A stretch of 64,000 bases of DNA from Candidatus Roizmanbacteria bacterium CG_4_9_14_0_2_um_filter_35_15 (GTDB lineage: Bacteria; Patescibacteriota; Microgenomatia; UBA1406; GWC2-37-13), in NCBI GenBank assembly GCA_002788805.1, contig PFRZ01000009.1, positions 1,464 through 65,463 of the forward strand. Reading direction: 5' to 3'. The first letter of the stretch is position 1, and each line of letters begins with the position of its first letter. The notes under the pieces were generated by a model. That model did not search any database, had not been told where the DNA came from, and saw only the letters and a program-made list of their open reading frames with translations. This document shows, one piece after another, positions 41,220 through 50,688 of the stretch. A program made the translations under genes and the position numbers.

Positions 41220-41696
41220 ATGAATAAAAAAATTTTCTTTATCGTCGGCATCTTAATAATGGGGCTAATAATTATTTATTTATTTGTTAAAATAACTTCT
41301 CGTCAAAATGAGAGTCCAGAAGTTTCGGTTAAAGTCAAACCACAAAGCAAAACTTATTCTAAATATATTACTCTTAATACAAGTGAACAGGCGGCTCCTT
41401 CTTTAACTCCAAGAGTGTCTCCAACTTCAACTCGACTTCCTACATTAATCTCAACTACCATAACCAATACTCTACCAACCTCAATTTTAACCAAATCTCC
41501 AACTCCAACTGAGATTATTGTTACTCATGTAACTAACACTCCAGAGGCGACCGATACTTCTTCTTTAGCTTTGAAACAAACACCGTCTCCCACATCTACT
41601 AAAACTAGTCAGCTACCGATTTCTGGAGTAGTGGAGTGGAGTTTGGCCTTTTTTACGATATCTTTCTTACTGATTATTGCTGCTTTTGTTTTTTAA
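41220..41696 (+). CDS. Thr/Ser/Pro-rich surface protein with a C-terminal LPISG + hydrophobic anchor
   Basis: Signal/TM helix at the N-terminus, a TSP-rich linker, and the C-terminus SQLPISGVVEWSLAFFTISFLLIIAAFVF. Confidence 0.55.
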   Translation: MNKKIFFIVGILIMGLIIIYLFVKITSRQNESPEVSVKVKPQSKTYSKYITLNTSEQAAPSLTPRVSPTSTRLPTLISTTITNTLPTSILTKSPTPTEIIVTHVTNTPEATDTSSLALKQTPSPTSTKTSQLPISGVVEWSLAFFTISFLLIIAAFVF

Positions 41697-42758
41697 CTGG
41701 TCGCAGTTTTCTTTATTTTCTAAAACACAACCAATATATCGATGGATTAAAGAGAAATTTTTGTCGGTGGGAATAAGAACCCAAAGGCCGTCATATTCTG
41801 GAGAATTGACTTCAGGATTAGTGAAAAAATCTTGATCGAGAACAATTTTTTCTTGTTTTATTTTTCCTTTAAAGACAATGTTTTTTAAAATAATGGCGAT
41901 TTGTTGATTGGTGATATCACGTTTTACCAAGGGATTAATCAGTTGATAAAGCTGTCGGTAGGTTTTTAGACTGAGTTTTTTAACCGAAGCAAAGAGTTTA
42001 TTTTTTACCGTCTCAATCACTTTTTGTTGCCGAGCTTCTCGAGCGAAGTCGGTTCCTTCTTTGCCTTCAGCGTTTCTTGATCTAACGAATTTAAGAGCGG
42101 TTTCGCCGTTCATTTTATTTAGTCCTTTGGTGAAAGTAATAGTCTCATAGCGACAGGCGTAGGTTTTATCTCCAGCACAGTCATCGTTCTCACGGCCGGC
42201 GATGGGAAATTTTTTATCAGTAAAAGAGTTGTCAATATTGATTTCCACTCCGCCAAGAAAATCAATCAGTTCTTTGAATTTATCAAAGTCAATTACTACG
42301 GCGTATTGAATTGGAAGACCGATAATAGCGGAAACCTCAGCTTTAGCTAAGATAAAACCGCCGCCATTTTTTTTCGCTTCACCATAAGCGTAAGCAGAAT
42401 TAATCTTATCTTTTAAAGTATCGCTCCAAATGTCTCGAGGAATGGAAATAGTTGTTGATTGATTAGTTTTAAGATCATAGTTGATAACGACGATTGAGTC
42501 AGATAAATTCGGTCCTTCATGTTGACCGCCGGCGACTCCTAACAAGAGAATATTCACTTGATTATCGTAGCTTTTTAAAGAGTTTCTTGATAAGAGAGTC
42601 TTGACTATTGATACCTTGAGAGTTTTATTAATAAAAAGAAAATAAGGACGAATAATAAAAATAGAGATCAATAAAATAAAGGAACAAGCAATAATAATTT
42701 TCAATTTAAAATTTTCAATTTTCATTGAATTTTCAATTTTAAAAGACTTAATTTTCAA
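41667..42758 (-). CDS. LytR-CpsA-Psr (LCP) family protein; true start possibly at 42725
   Basis: ILLLGVAGGQHEGPNLSDSIVVINYD, FVRSRN. The first ~20 codons lie in an octamer array. Confidence 0.85.
   Translation of the reverse strand: MKIKSFKIENSMKIENFKLKIIIACSFILLISIFIIRPYFLFINKTLKVSIVKTLLSRNSLKSYDNQVNILLLGVAGGQHEGPNLSDSIVVINYDLKTNQSTTISIPRDIWSDTLKDKINSAYAYGEAKKNGGGFILAKAEVSAIIGLPIQYAVVIDFDKFKELIDFLGGVEINIDNSFTDKKFPIAGRENDDCAGDKTYACRYETITFTKGLNKMNGETALKFVRSRNAEGKEGTDFAREARQQKVIETVKNKLFASVKKLSLKTYRQLYQLINPLVKRDITNQQIAIILKNIVFKGKIKQEKIVLDQDFFTNPEVNSPEYDGLWVLIPTDKNFSLIHRYIGCVLENKENCDQLKNKSSNNQ
42697..42758. repeat. AATTTTCA octamer array overlapping the annotated 5' end of the LCP gene
   Basis: aattttcaatttaaaattttcaattttcattgaattttcaattttaaaagacttaattttcaa. 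Confidence 0.7.
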
Positions 42759-42773
42759 ATATAATTATACTTT

Positions 42774-44525
42774 ATGTCAGTTGATATTTTTACCCATTTA
42801 AATCCTCAACAAAAAGAAGCAGTGCTTTATTATAAAGGCAGTTCAATTATTCTAGCTGGCGCCGGAAGTGGGAAAACAAGAGTTTTAATCGCTAAAGTAA
42901 TTAACTTAATACAGAATCTTTATATCAATCCAAAATCAATCTTGATGATTACTTTTACCAATAAAGCGGCTGGCGAGATGAAAGAAAGAATCGGACTGAG
43001 ATATTGTTTAGGTTATATTGGCACCTTTCACTCATTTTGCGCCAGAGTGCTTCGCGTCGACGGCTTGTTTGTCGGCCTGAAGAAAAATTTTCTCATCTAT
43101 GACGAAGAAGATCAAATAGCCTTGATTAAGGCAGTCCTAAAAAAAGTCCAGTTGAACAAGAAGTATACGCCGTCTTATTTTTTGAATCGAATTTCGGCAG
43201 CGAAAAATCAATTGATTGGTCCGGAAAAATATCTGGAAGTTTTTTCCGACTATGCTTCAGCTGATACAGCGACCATCTATCAGGGCTATCAAAAAGAACT
43301 CAAAGAAAACAATGCTTTGGATTTTGACGATTTGATAAATGTAACGATAAGACTGTTTACAAAAAATAAACAAATATTAGACAAATACCAAGAAAAATAT
43401 CGTTATATCTTAGTCGACGAATTCCAAGATACGAACTACGTTCAGTATTTTTTGACCAAACTTCTCGGACAAAAATATAAAAACGTTACTGTAGTTGGCG
43501 ATTTCTCCCAGAGCATCTATTCGTGGCGAGGAGCGGAAATAAGAAATCTGGAAAAGTTTAAGAGCGATTTTCCCAAAACTAAAATATTTTACTTGGAGAA
43601 AAATTATCGATCTAGCCAGACTATTCTTGATTTTGCCTATCAAGTGATTTCTAAAAACCAGACCCACCCAATTCTTTCTCTCTATACTGACAAAAAAGGC
43701 GGAGAGGAAGTGATTTTTTATGAAGCGGCGACCGAGGAAGACGAAGGAATTTACGTAGCCAATTCAATTAGCGATTTGAAGGATAAATACCGTTTGGACG
43801 AAATGGCTATTCTTTATCGGACTAATGCTCAGTCGCGGGCGATCGAGGAAGTTTTTTTACACTTTGGCATTCCTTATGTTCTAATCGGCGGGACAAGATT
43901 TTATGAAAGAAAAGAAATCAAGGACGTTTTGAGTTATTTGCGGTTATTGATTAACCCGGTTGACAAACTGTCAAAAGAAAGGACTATTAAACTAGGTAAA
44001 ACTAGGTGGGAGAAGTTTAAAAAATACTATGAAGAAAATAAGGATTCGGTTGTCAAAAAAAACACCGATAAAATCATTGAAGAAATTTTTCAGGCAACCG
44101 ATTATCTGAAGATATATGATCCAGAAGTCGAGGAGGACTATTCACGCTTGGAAAACATCAAGGAGTTAAAGTCGGTCGCAATTGCTTTTCCGTCTCTCGG
44201 CGAGTTTTTAGAGCAGGTGGCGCTGGTTGAGTCCGAATATTTTGAAGGAGAGAAGAATTCCAAGAATAAAAACGGCATCAGACTAATGACTTTACATCAA
44301 GCTAAGGGACTGGAGTTTCCAATCGTCTTTGTTGTTGGTGTCGAAGAGGGGATTTTACCTCACTCAAGGTCGATGGACGATCTCTATTCTTTAGAGGAGG
44401 AGAGACGGCTTTTTTATGTTGGGATAACAAGAGCCAAGGAAAGACTTTATATCACCTATACGCGCCAGCGTTTCATCTTCGGAACTCGCAACTACTCAGC
44501 CAAGTCGAGGTTCTTGGAAGAATAA
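42774..44525 (+). CDS. pcrA: UvrD/PcrA-family DNA helicase (short, 583 aa)
   Basis: AGAGSGKTR, ILVDEFQDTN, VGDFSQSIYSWRGA, LHQAKGLEF, YVGITRAK. Confidence 0.85.
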   Translation: MSVDIFTHLNPQQKEAVLYYKGSSIILAGAGSGKTRVLIAKVINLIQNLYINPKSILMITFTNKAAGEMKERIGLRYCLGYIGTFHSFCARVLRVDGLFVGLKKNFLIYDEEDQIALIKAVLKKVQLNKKYTPSYFLNRISAAKNQLIGPEKYLEVFSDYASADTATIYQGYQKELKENNALDFDDLINVTIRLFTKNKQILDKYQEKYRYILVDEFQDTNYVQYFLTKLLGQKYKNVTVVGDFSQSIYSWRGAEIRNLEKFKSDFPKTKIFYLEKNYRSSQTILDFAYQVISKNQTHPILSLYTDKKGGEEVIFYEAATEEDEGIYVANSISDLKDKYRLDEMAILYRTNAQSRAIEEVFLHFGIPYVLIGGTRFYERKEIKDVLSYLRLLINPVDKLSKERTIKLGKTRWEKFKKYYEENKDSVVKKNTDKIIEEIFQATDYLKIYDPEVEEDYSRLENIKELKSVAIAFPSLGEFLEQVALVESEYFEGEKNSKNKNGIRLMTLHQAKGLEFPIVFVVGVEEGILPHSRSMDDLYSLEEERRLFYVGITRAKERLYITYTRQRFIFGTRNYSAKSRFLEE

Positions 44526-44548
44526 ATTTGATATACTATATTTAATTT

Positions 44549-45145
44549 ATGTTCAAAGATAGGACGGGAAAAATATTGACTTTAGAAGAATTCTTTAGCA
44601 AAGTTATTAATCGTGTGAAAAATATCTTCTTAGAGTTTGGAGTATTCTTGCTTCATTTAGTTGGTTATATTCCTAGTCATTGTTTCCGTCGTTTTTGCTA
44701 TCGATTGGCGAGAATTAAAATTGGTAAAGGATCGACAATTCATACTAAGACCAGATTTTATAACCCGAGAAATATTATTATTGGTGAAGATACCATTGTT
44801 GGTGAAGGAGCAGTGTTAGACGGAAGAGCTAGATTAATAATTGGCAGTCACGTCGATATTGCCAGTGAGGTAATGATCTATAATTCTCAGCACGACATTG
44901 AAAACGAAAATTTTACCGCTGTTGATAAACCAGTTGTCATCGAAGACTATGTTTTCATTGGACCACGGGCAATTATTCTTCCGGGGGTAACTATTGGTAA
45001 GGGAGCGATTGTGGCTGCCGGAGCCGTTGTCACCAAAGACGTTCCTCCTTATGCCATTGTTGGTGGTGTTCCAGCTAAAATTATCGGTGAAAGAAAAAAT
45101 AAAAATCTTCATTATAAGCTTGGGAGGGCGAGATGGTTTAGGTAG
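44549..45145 (+). CDS. Hexapeptide-repeat (LbH) O-acetyltransferase
   Basis: [13 protein letters not shown].., [31 protein letters not shown]. Confidence 0.75.
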   Translation: MFKDRTGKILTLEEFFSKVINRVKNIFLEFGVFLLHLVGYIPSHCFRRFCYRLARIKIGKGSTIHTKTRFYNPRNIIIGEDTIVGEGAVLDGRARLIIGSHVDIASEVMIYNSQHDIENENFTAVDKPVVIEDYVFIGPRAIILPGVTIGKGAIVAAGAVVTKDVPPYAIVGGVPAKIIGERKNKNLHYKLGRARWFR

Positions 45146-45163
45146 ACTTAATCTCTTGAAATT

Positions 45164-46579
45164 CTAGTCAGCTGTACCGACTAGGTAGACGGCTTGCCAG
45201 GGTTTGTAAGAAGAATAATATTTTTCGTCAATAATCAGTTGATCATCTTTATAAACCTTATAGTTAAACGAGGCTTTGCCTCCCCAAGCAGGAAAATCTA
45301 TCTGCTTTGTTACACCTCTTTTTAAAGTCGGATCATCCTGATAAATAGCTGGAGGAGGAGAGGAGACATCCCACAATAAAACATTAGATATTTCTGAACG
45401 GCGGTTATCTTTTTTTCCATAAAGTTTAAAAAATAACAGATTGTTGTCTTTATCCACTTCAGTTTGGATAAGAATATAATTCCCAGTATCATTTTTTATT
45501 TTTAGATCAACTGAAGGAGCAAAGACAGTGGCGTCAAAACCAGGCTGTGAGTCATTTTCATAGTAAGAAACGCGGTAAGCATGGGCGTGGCGTTCGACAA
45601 TCGGCAGTCCAGCATTCAAAGCGGCTCGAAAGAGAGTGGTTGATACTTGGCAGACGCCTCCGCCGTCGCCCAGAACAGTTTTTCCCTCTTTGATAATATA
45701 GGCTGGCTGATAGCCAGTCAAAGAAGAGATATCGCCAACGGTCTCATTAAAGGAAAAGATTCGCTTGGGAGGGATGAGGACACCGTTAAATTTGGAACTG
45801 GCGAGAATAATGTTGTCAACTCTTGTCGCGATAGAATGAGAAAAGTTTGATTTACCGACAGCAAGCTCTTCTTCAATGCCAAAACTATTTATCTGAGAAA
45901 GGGTGATCTCTGGCTGGATAATGGTTGAGGTGAGAACAATGATTTTATCGGTTGATTGTTTTTTAAACTGTTGGATTGTTTTATCAAAATTGCTTAGGAG
46001 TTCCTCTGAGTTGATTTTTAGCCCAGGTTTTTCTTTATGAAAACTGATAACCTTTCCGCTCTCAAATTTAAAAAGAGCGTTTTTTGCCGGTTGATTGTAT
46101 TTCTCTTCAGCCGAGTTTATCAAGTCTTTGACCACGCTTTTATCGTATTCGATTTCGCTATCAAAATAGTATTTCTGCCAGCCAAGTAGCGAATTTATTA
46201 TCTGTAGATAAGCAGAGAGTTTATTAGAGCTTCTGCCAATGAGATAGGCTCTGACAGAGGCTGTTTCCCCATCATATTTTAGATTAAGAGTTTCAGCGGA
46301 AAAGGTGGCGATCGCTTCTTGATTAAAAAGAATGGTAATATTTTTATTTTTTAAACTGAGAGTTTTTTTGGAAAAATCGTTGATGATTTCGGCTTTAGTT
46401 TTGTTTCCCGCTTCAGTCTTATCAATATAGACACCGCTAAAAATTTTATTATTAAAAGACTGTTCATAGTTATTGATGAAATGAACAATGAATAAGAGAA
46501 AGAAGACGGAAATAGCACCTAAGCTAAAAAACAGATAGTTGAATATAATTCTAAATTTCTTTCGTTTTTTTGCTATCAT
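45164..46579 (-). CDS. VanW domain protein
   Basis: GDGGGVCQVSTTLFRAALNAGLPIVERHAHAYRVSYY; N-terminal TM helix. Confidence 0.8.
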   Translation of the reverse strand: MIAKKRKKFRIIFNYLFFSLGAISVFFLLFIVHFINNYEQSFNNKIFSGVYIDKTEAGNKTKAEIINDFSKKTLSLKNKNITILFNQEAIATFSAETLNLKYDGETASVRAYLIGRSSNKLSAYLQIINSLLGWQKYYFDSEIEYDKSVVKDLINSAEEKYNQPAKNALFKFESGKVISFHKEKPGLKINSEELLSNFDKTIQQFKKQSTDKIIVLTSTIIQPEITLSQINSFGIEEELAVGKSNFSHSIATRVDNIILASSKFNGVLIPPKRIFSFNETVGDISSLTGYQPAYIIKEGKTVLGDGGGVCQVSTTLFRAALNAGLPIVERHAHAYRVSYYENDSQPGFDATVFAPSVDLKIKNDTGNYILIQTEVDKDNNLLFFKLYGKKDNRRSEISNVLLWDVSSPPPAIYQDDPTLKRGVTKQIDFPAWGGKASFNYKVYKDDQLIIDEKYYSSYKPWQAVYLVGTAD

Positions 46580-46585
46580 TGTCTT

Positions 46586-47986
46586 ATGGATGATAATAAT
46601 GAAAATTTAAAGGAAAATCAATATCCGCTTGAAGTAGAAGAAGTACCAGAAGAGGTAACGGCGGTTGACAATCTTCCTCCGCCAGTTTATCAAGAAAACA
46701 AAGGTCAGTACTTAATGATCGGCGTTGGCGCGGTGATCTTTTTGGTAATTCTTATTTTGATAATAAAAGCGATTTTTGGCGGGAAAGGAGTAAAAAAAGA
46801 GGTAAGTTTGACTTATTGGGGTTTATGGGAAGATAAAGAAGTCGTTCAGCCTTTAATTAATCTTTATCAACAAAAAAATCCCAATATTAAAATCGACTAT
46901 CAAAAGATGAATTCGGTAAGCTATCGAGAAAAGCTGGTCGTCCGGGGTAAGGCCGGCCAAGGACCAGATATCTTCCGTTTTCATAACACTTGGCTGCCAG
47001 AGATAAAAGAGGTGGTGGCGCCACTACCCCAGTCAATTATGGCCAATAGCGAGTTTGAAAAAACCTTCTATCCTGTCCAGCAAAAAGATTTAAAGGTTGG
47101 CAATTATTATTATGGTTTACCGCTTGAGATTGATGGTTTAGTTTTGGTTTATAATGAAAATCTTTTTAAAAAAGCCGGCATTGCTGCCGTCCCGACCACC
47201 TGGGATGATATCACCGATATGGTGCCAAAGTTGACCGTCAAAGATAAAACAGGACAGTTAATCACCTCAGGGATTGCCCTTGGTACCTCTTCAAACATAG
47301 AGCACTTTTCTGATATTTTTGGTCTATTACTGATTCAAAATGGTGGATCAATCACGAGATTAAATTCTGAAGAAGCGGCTGGCGCTCTTGAAATCTACCG
47401 CAAATTTTCTGAAGAGCCCCAAGTCTATTGGTCAGACGCAATGCCTAATTCCTTAACCGCTTTTATTCAAGAAAAAGTGGCGATGATTATTGTTCCTTCC
47501 TGGGAGATTGTAACTATTAGATCGGCTAATCCTGATTTAAATTTAAAAGTTTTGCCAGTGCCGGCGGTGCCTGGTGGTTCTTCTTCATCAATCGCCAATT
47601 ATTGGGTTGAAGGAGTTTCCCGCTTTAGTAAAAACCAGATTGAGGCCTGGAAATTTCTAAGATTTTTAATAGAAAAAGAAAATCTCACCAAACTCTATGA
47701 GATGGAGACAAAGTTTCGTCCATATGGTGAACCATATTCTCGCGTAGATTTAGCTTCTCTTTTAGTTCAAGACTCCTATATTGGTGCTGTGATCAAACAG
47801 GCTAACAATTATATTTCTCTACCACTTATCTCAAGGACGTATGATAATGGTTTGAATGATGAGATAATTAAATATATTGAAAATGCAGTTAACAGCACGA
47901 TTCAAGGTATTTCTTATAGCGAAGCATTAAAGACCGCCAGCCAAGGATTAGATCAAGTATTTACTAAATATAATATTGGTCAATAA
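46586..47986 (+). CDS. Membrane-anchored extracellular solute-binding protein (ABC family 1-like)
   Basis: TM anchor; LTYWGLWEDKE, GPDIFRFHNTWL, YGLPLEIDGLVLVYN. Confidence 0.6.
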   Translation: MDDNNENLKENQYPLEVEEVPEEVTAVDNLPPPVYQENKGQYLMIGVGAVIFLVILILIIKAIFGGKGVKKEVSLTYWGLWEDKEVVQPLINLYQQKNPNIKIDYQKMNSVSYREKLVVRGKAGQGPDIFRFHNTWLPEIKEVVAPLPQSIMANSEFEKTFYPVQQKDLKVGNYYYGLPLEIDGLVLVYNENLFKKAGIAAVPTTWDDITDMVPKLTVKDKTGQLITSGIALGTSSNIEHFSDIFGLLLIQNGGSITRLNSEEAAGALEIYRKFSEEPQVYWSDAMPNSLTAFIQEKVAMIIVPSWEIVTIRSANPDLNLKVLPVPAVPGGSSSSIANYWVEGVSRFSKNQIEAWKFLRFLIEKENLTKLYEMETKFRPYGEPYSRVDLASLLVQDSYIGAVIKQANNYISLPLISRTYDNGLNDEIIKYIENAVNSTIQGISYSEALKTASQGLDQVFTKYNIGQ

Positions 47987-47991
47987 AAACT

Positions 47992-49923
47992 ATGTTTTCT
48001 TTTTTAAAAACTAAAAAAGACAGTCAGGAAAAATATTTAGGACTATTTCTTAAAGAGGAAGAAGGAATTTTAATGGTGATGCAAAAGGTTAATTCAGAGA
48101 TGGTGATGATTGAAAAAGAGAGATTTAATTATTCCAATGGTTGGGAAAATCTTAGTGAAGACATCGATGATCTTCTCTTTCGTCTGGAAAAGAAAATAGG
48201 CAGTCAGATATCAAAAACGATTTTTTTTGTTTATTCTCATCTTGTTGATGAGAAAATTGGTGATATAAAAAAACTCTATTTACAGAAAATTAAAGAGTTT
48301 TCAAAAAATCTTGAACTCGAACCAATAGGTTATATTGAATGTTATGAAGCTGTTTTAGCCTATTTAGAAAAAAAAGAAGAGGTGCCTTTAACCGCTTTGA
48401 TTTTAGAATTAGACACGACTGAATTTACACTTTTTATTTATAAAGGAGGAAAACTTTCCCATAAAAAAAACATTAGTAGAACTGATAATCTCATCGATGA
48501 TTTAACAAAAGAATTAGAAGAATATAAGGGAAGACAGATGTTGCCGGCGAGAATAATTCTCTATAACTCAAAAGATCTTGATCAAGAAGCGACAAAAATT
48601 ATTTCTCATCGTTGGGGAGAAGAGTATTTTGTCCAAATACCTCGCATTAATATTATTAAAGAAGAAGAGATTAATGTTGCTTTGATTAAGATATTTAATG
48701 AGCAGATAGGTGGTAAGACGGTTCAGGAGAATCAAAAAGTAATGGGGTTTGTTATTAATGAGGATGTCGAAGAAAAAAAAACAGTAGCTAAAAATCATTT
48801 ATTATTAGCAAAACAGTTAATAGGAAAGATACCAAAAATAAAGTATTGGACACCGATTATCGGAGCTTTTATGATTATTTTTAGTCTTTTTTTAAACGAA
48901 TATTTTTTCCATCAGGCTGATCTTTTAATCTACCTTCCTTTCTATACGGTAAAGAAAGAGTTAATTTTGGACATTCCTTTTAAGATAGCTACTGAGACAG
49001 CCCAGTTTTCCGAAACAATTGCGACCACTGGTCAAAAGGATATCGGTGATGCGGCTAAAGGCGAGGTAACAGTTCATAACTTTGATGACAAAGAAAAAGC
49101 TTTTAACAAAGGAACAGTTTTAACAACAAATAATATTCAGTTTATTTTAGATTCAGATGTTAAAGTAGCTTCGTCCACCATTGCTGCCGACGGTTCTGCT
49201 AAACTGCCAGGCAAAAGCAAGGCGGCGATCACCGCTTTAAATATTGGTCCTCAAGGCAATCTAGCTAAAGATCAGAGGTTTAAAATTGACGACTTATCTT
49301 CCTCAACTTTTTTTGCGATTAATGAAGCGGCGTTAACCGGAGGATCAAAAAAAGAAGTAAGGACGGTAGCGAAAAAAGACTATGACCAATTAACTAATTT
49401 AGTTTTGGAAAAAGCAAAAAAACAAGAACAAAAACAGTCCGAATTAAAGTCATTTGAAGCAGTCAGTGACTTTTCTCAGGTTAAACTTGATCAACCTTCG
49501 TTTTCCAAAGAACTAGGTGAAGAAGGAGATAAACTTAGCTTAAAAACCAATGTGTTAACGACTTTTTACGCCTATGCTAAAAATAGCATCTTAGCCGGTA
49601 TTAGCAAAGAATTAACGCCGGAAGTTAAAAACGGTTTTAATCTAGAGAAACAAGGAATAAGTTATAATAATAAAAAAGTGATTATTAAAGATAATCGTTT
49701 CGAAATAACCACCTCGGTAAAGGCAAAGATAACAAAACAGATTAAAAAAGAAGAAATTGTTAAATTAGTCTTAGGAAGAAACAAAAACAACCTTTCAGAA
49801 CTTCTTAAAGAAAAATTTAATATTGAAGGTTATGACCTAAAAATTAGAGAGCCGCTGCCAATGATCAAAGATTATCTGCCAGTTTTTAATAAAAATATCT
49901 TTATTAAATTATCCAGTCTTTAA
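47992..49923 (+). CDS. Hypothetical bitopic protein: cytoplasmic FtsA/PilM-like half-domain, one TM helix, large extracellular beta-rich domain
   Basis: LILELDTTEFTLFIYKGGKL resembles an actin-fold phosphate loop. TM helix WTPIIGAFMIIFSLFL. The assignment is weak. Confidence 0.35.
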   Translation: MFSFLKTKKDSQEKYLGLFLKEEEGILMVMQKVNSEMVMIEKERFNYSNGWENLSEDIDDLLFRLEKKIGSQISKTIFFVYSHLVDEKIGDIKKLYLQKIKEFSKNLELEPIGYIECYEAVLAYLEKKEEVPLTALILELDTTEFTLFIYKGGKLSHKKNISRTDNLIDDLTKELEEYKGRQMLPARIILYNSKDLDQEATKIISHRWGEEYFVQIPRINIIKEEEINVALIKIFNEQIGGKTVQENQKVMGFVINEDVEEKKTVAKNHLLLAKQLIGKIPKIKYWTPIIGAFMIIFSLFLNEYFFHQADLLIYLPFYTVKKELILDIPFKIATETAQFSETIATTGQKDIGDAAKGEVTVHNFDDKEKAFNKGTVLTTNNIQFILDSDVKVASSTIAADGSAKLPGKSKAAITALNIGPQGNLAKDQRFKIDDLSSSTFFAINEAALTGGSKKEVRTVAKKDYDQLTNLVLEKAKKQEQKQSELKSFEAVSDFSQVKLDQPSFSKELGEEGDKLSLKTNVLTTFYAYAKNSILAGISKELTPEVKNGFNLEKQGISYNNKKVIIKDNRFEITTSVKAKITKQIKKEEIVKLVLGRNKNNLSELLKEKFNIEGYDLKIREPLPMIKDYLPVFNKNIFIKLSSL

Positions 49924-50661
49924 ATGGCTCTTTATACTTATAAAAAGAAAGATAATTCACCAAGAAAAAAAGCAATTAACTATTTTTCTTATCTAGCATT
50001 AGTTGTTGGCAGCTTTCTTTTATTTTGGTCTTTTTATCCGATTATTTCTTCTGAGTTATATTCTCATTTATTTCTGAAAAAAAATTTTCAAACACCAATT
50101 ACAGATAATGAAGATGCTTCCGCTTTAAATCAAGCCAACTCTATCTTAGGAATATTTAACATCTTTTCAAATAATCTAAGAGACTATACCCAGGCCAGTC
50201 TTTGGTTTCCTTCCAGACCGCAAACGAATTCTTTTTCTAATGTTAATGTTAAAGAATATTTCCTTTCCATCCCAAAATTAAATATTAGTGATGCCAAAGT
50301 AGTGGTAGGTGGCGAAGATTTAACTAAGAGTCTCATTCATTATCTACCGCAGTCTTTACCTGGCGAGTATGGTAATGTCGTCATCTTTGGTCATTCAACC
50401 TTGCGTCAATTGTATAATGTCAAAGACTATAAAACTATTTTTACCTATCTATCTTCCTTGGAGAAAGGTGACACCATTATTATCAAACTAGGAGATATCA
50501 AATATTATTATGAAGTTTTTTCCATATTAATTGTTAAACCGAGCGATGTCTCGGTCCTAGAACAAAAGAAAGATGCGTCTTACTTGACTTTAGTTACCTG
50601 CGAACCACCAGGCACTTGGTGGGAAAGATTAGTGATTAAGGCTAAATTGAAATTGCTTTAA
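49924..50661 (+). CDS. Sortase family transpeptidase
   Basis: VVIFGHS (His), LTLVTCEP (Cys), WERLVIKA (Arg); N-terminal TM helix. Confidence 0.8.
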   Translation: MALYTYKKKDNSPRKKAINYFSYLALVVGSFLLFWSFYPIISSELYSHLFLKKNFQTPITDNEDASALNQANSILGIFNIFSNNLRDYTQASLWFPSRPQTNSFSNVNVKEYFLSIPKLNISDAKVVVGGEDLTKSLIHYLPQSLPGEYGNVVIFGHSTLRQLYNVKDYKTIFTYLSSLEKGDTIIIKLGDIKYYYEVFSILIVKPSDVSVLEQKKDASYLTLVTCEPPGTWWERLVIKAKLKLL

Positions 50662-50688
50662 CCTATAATATTTGGTAAAATTAACTTC

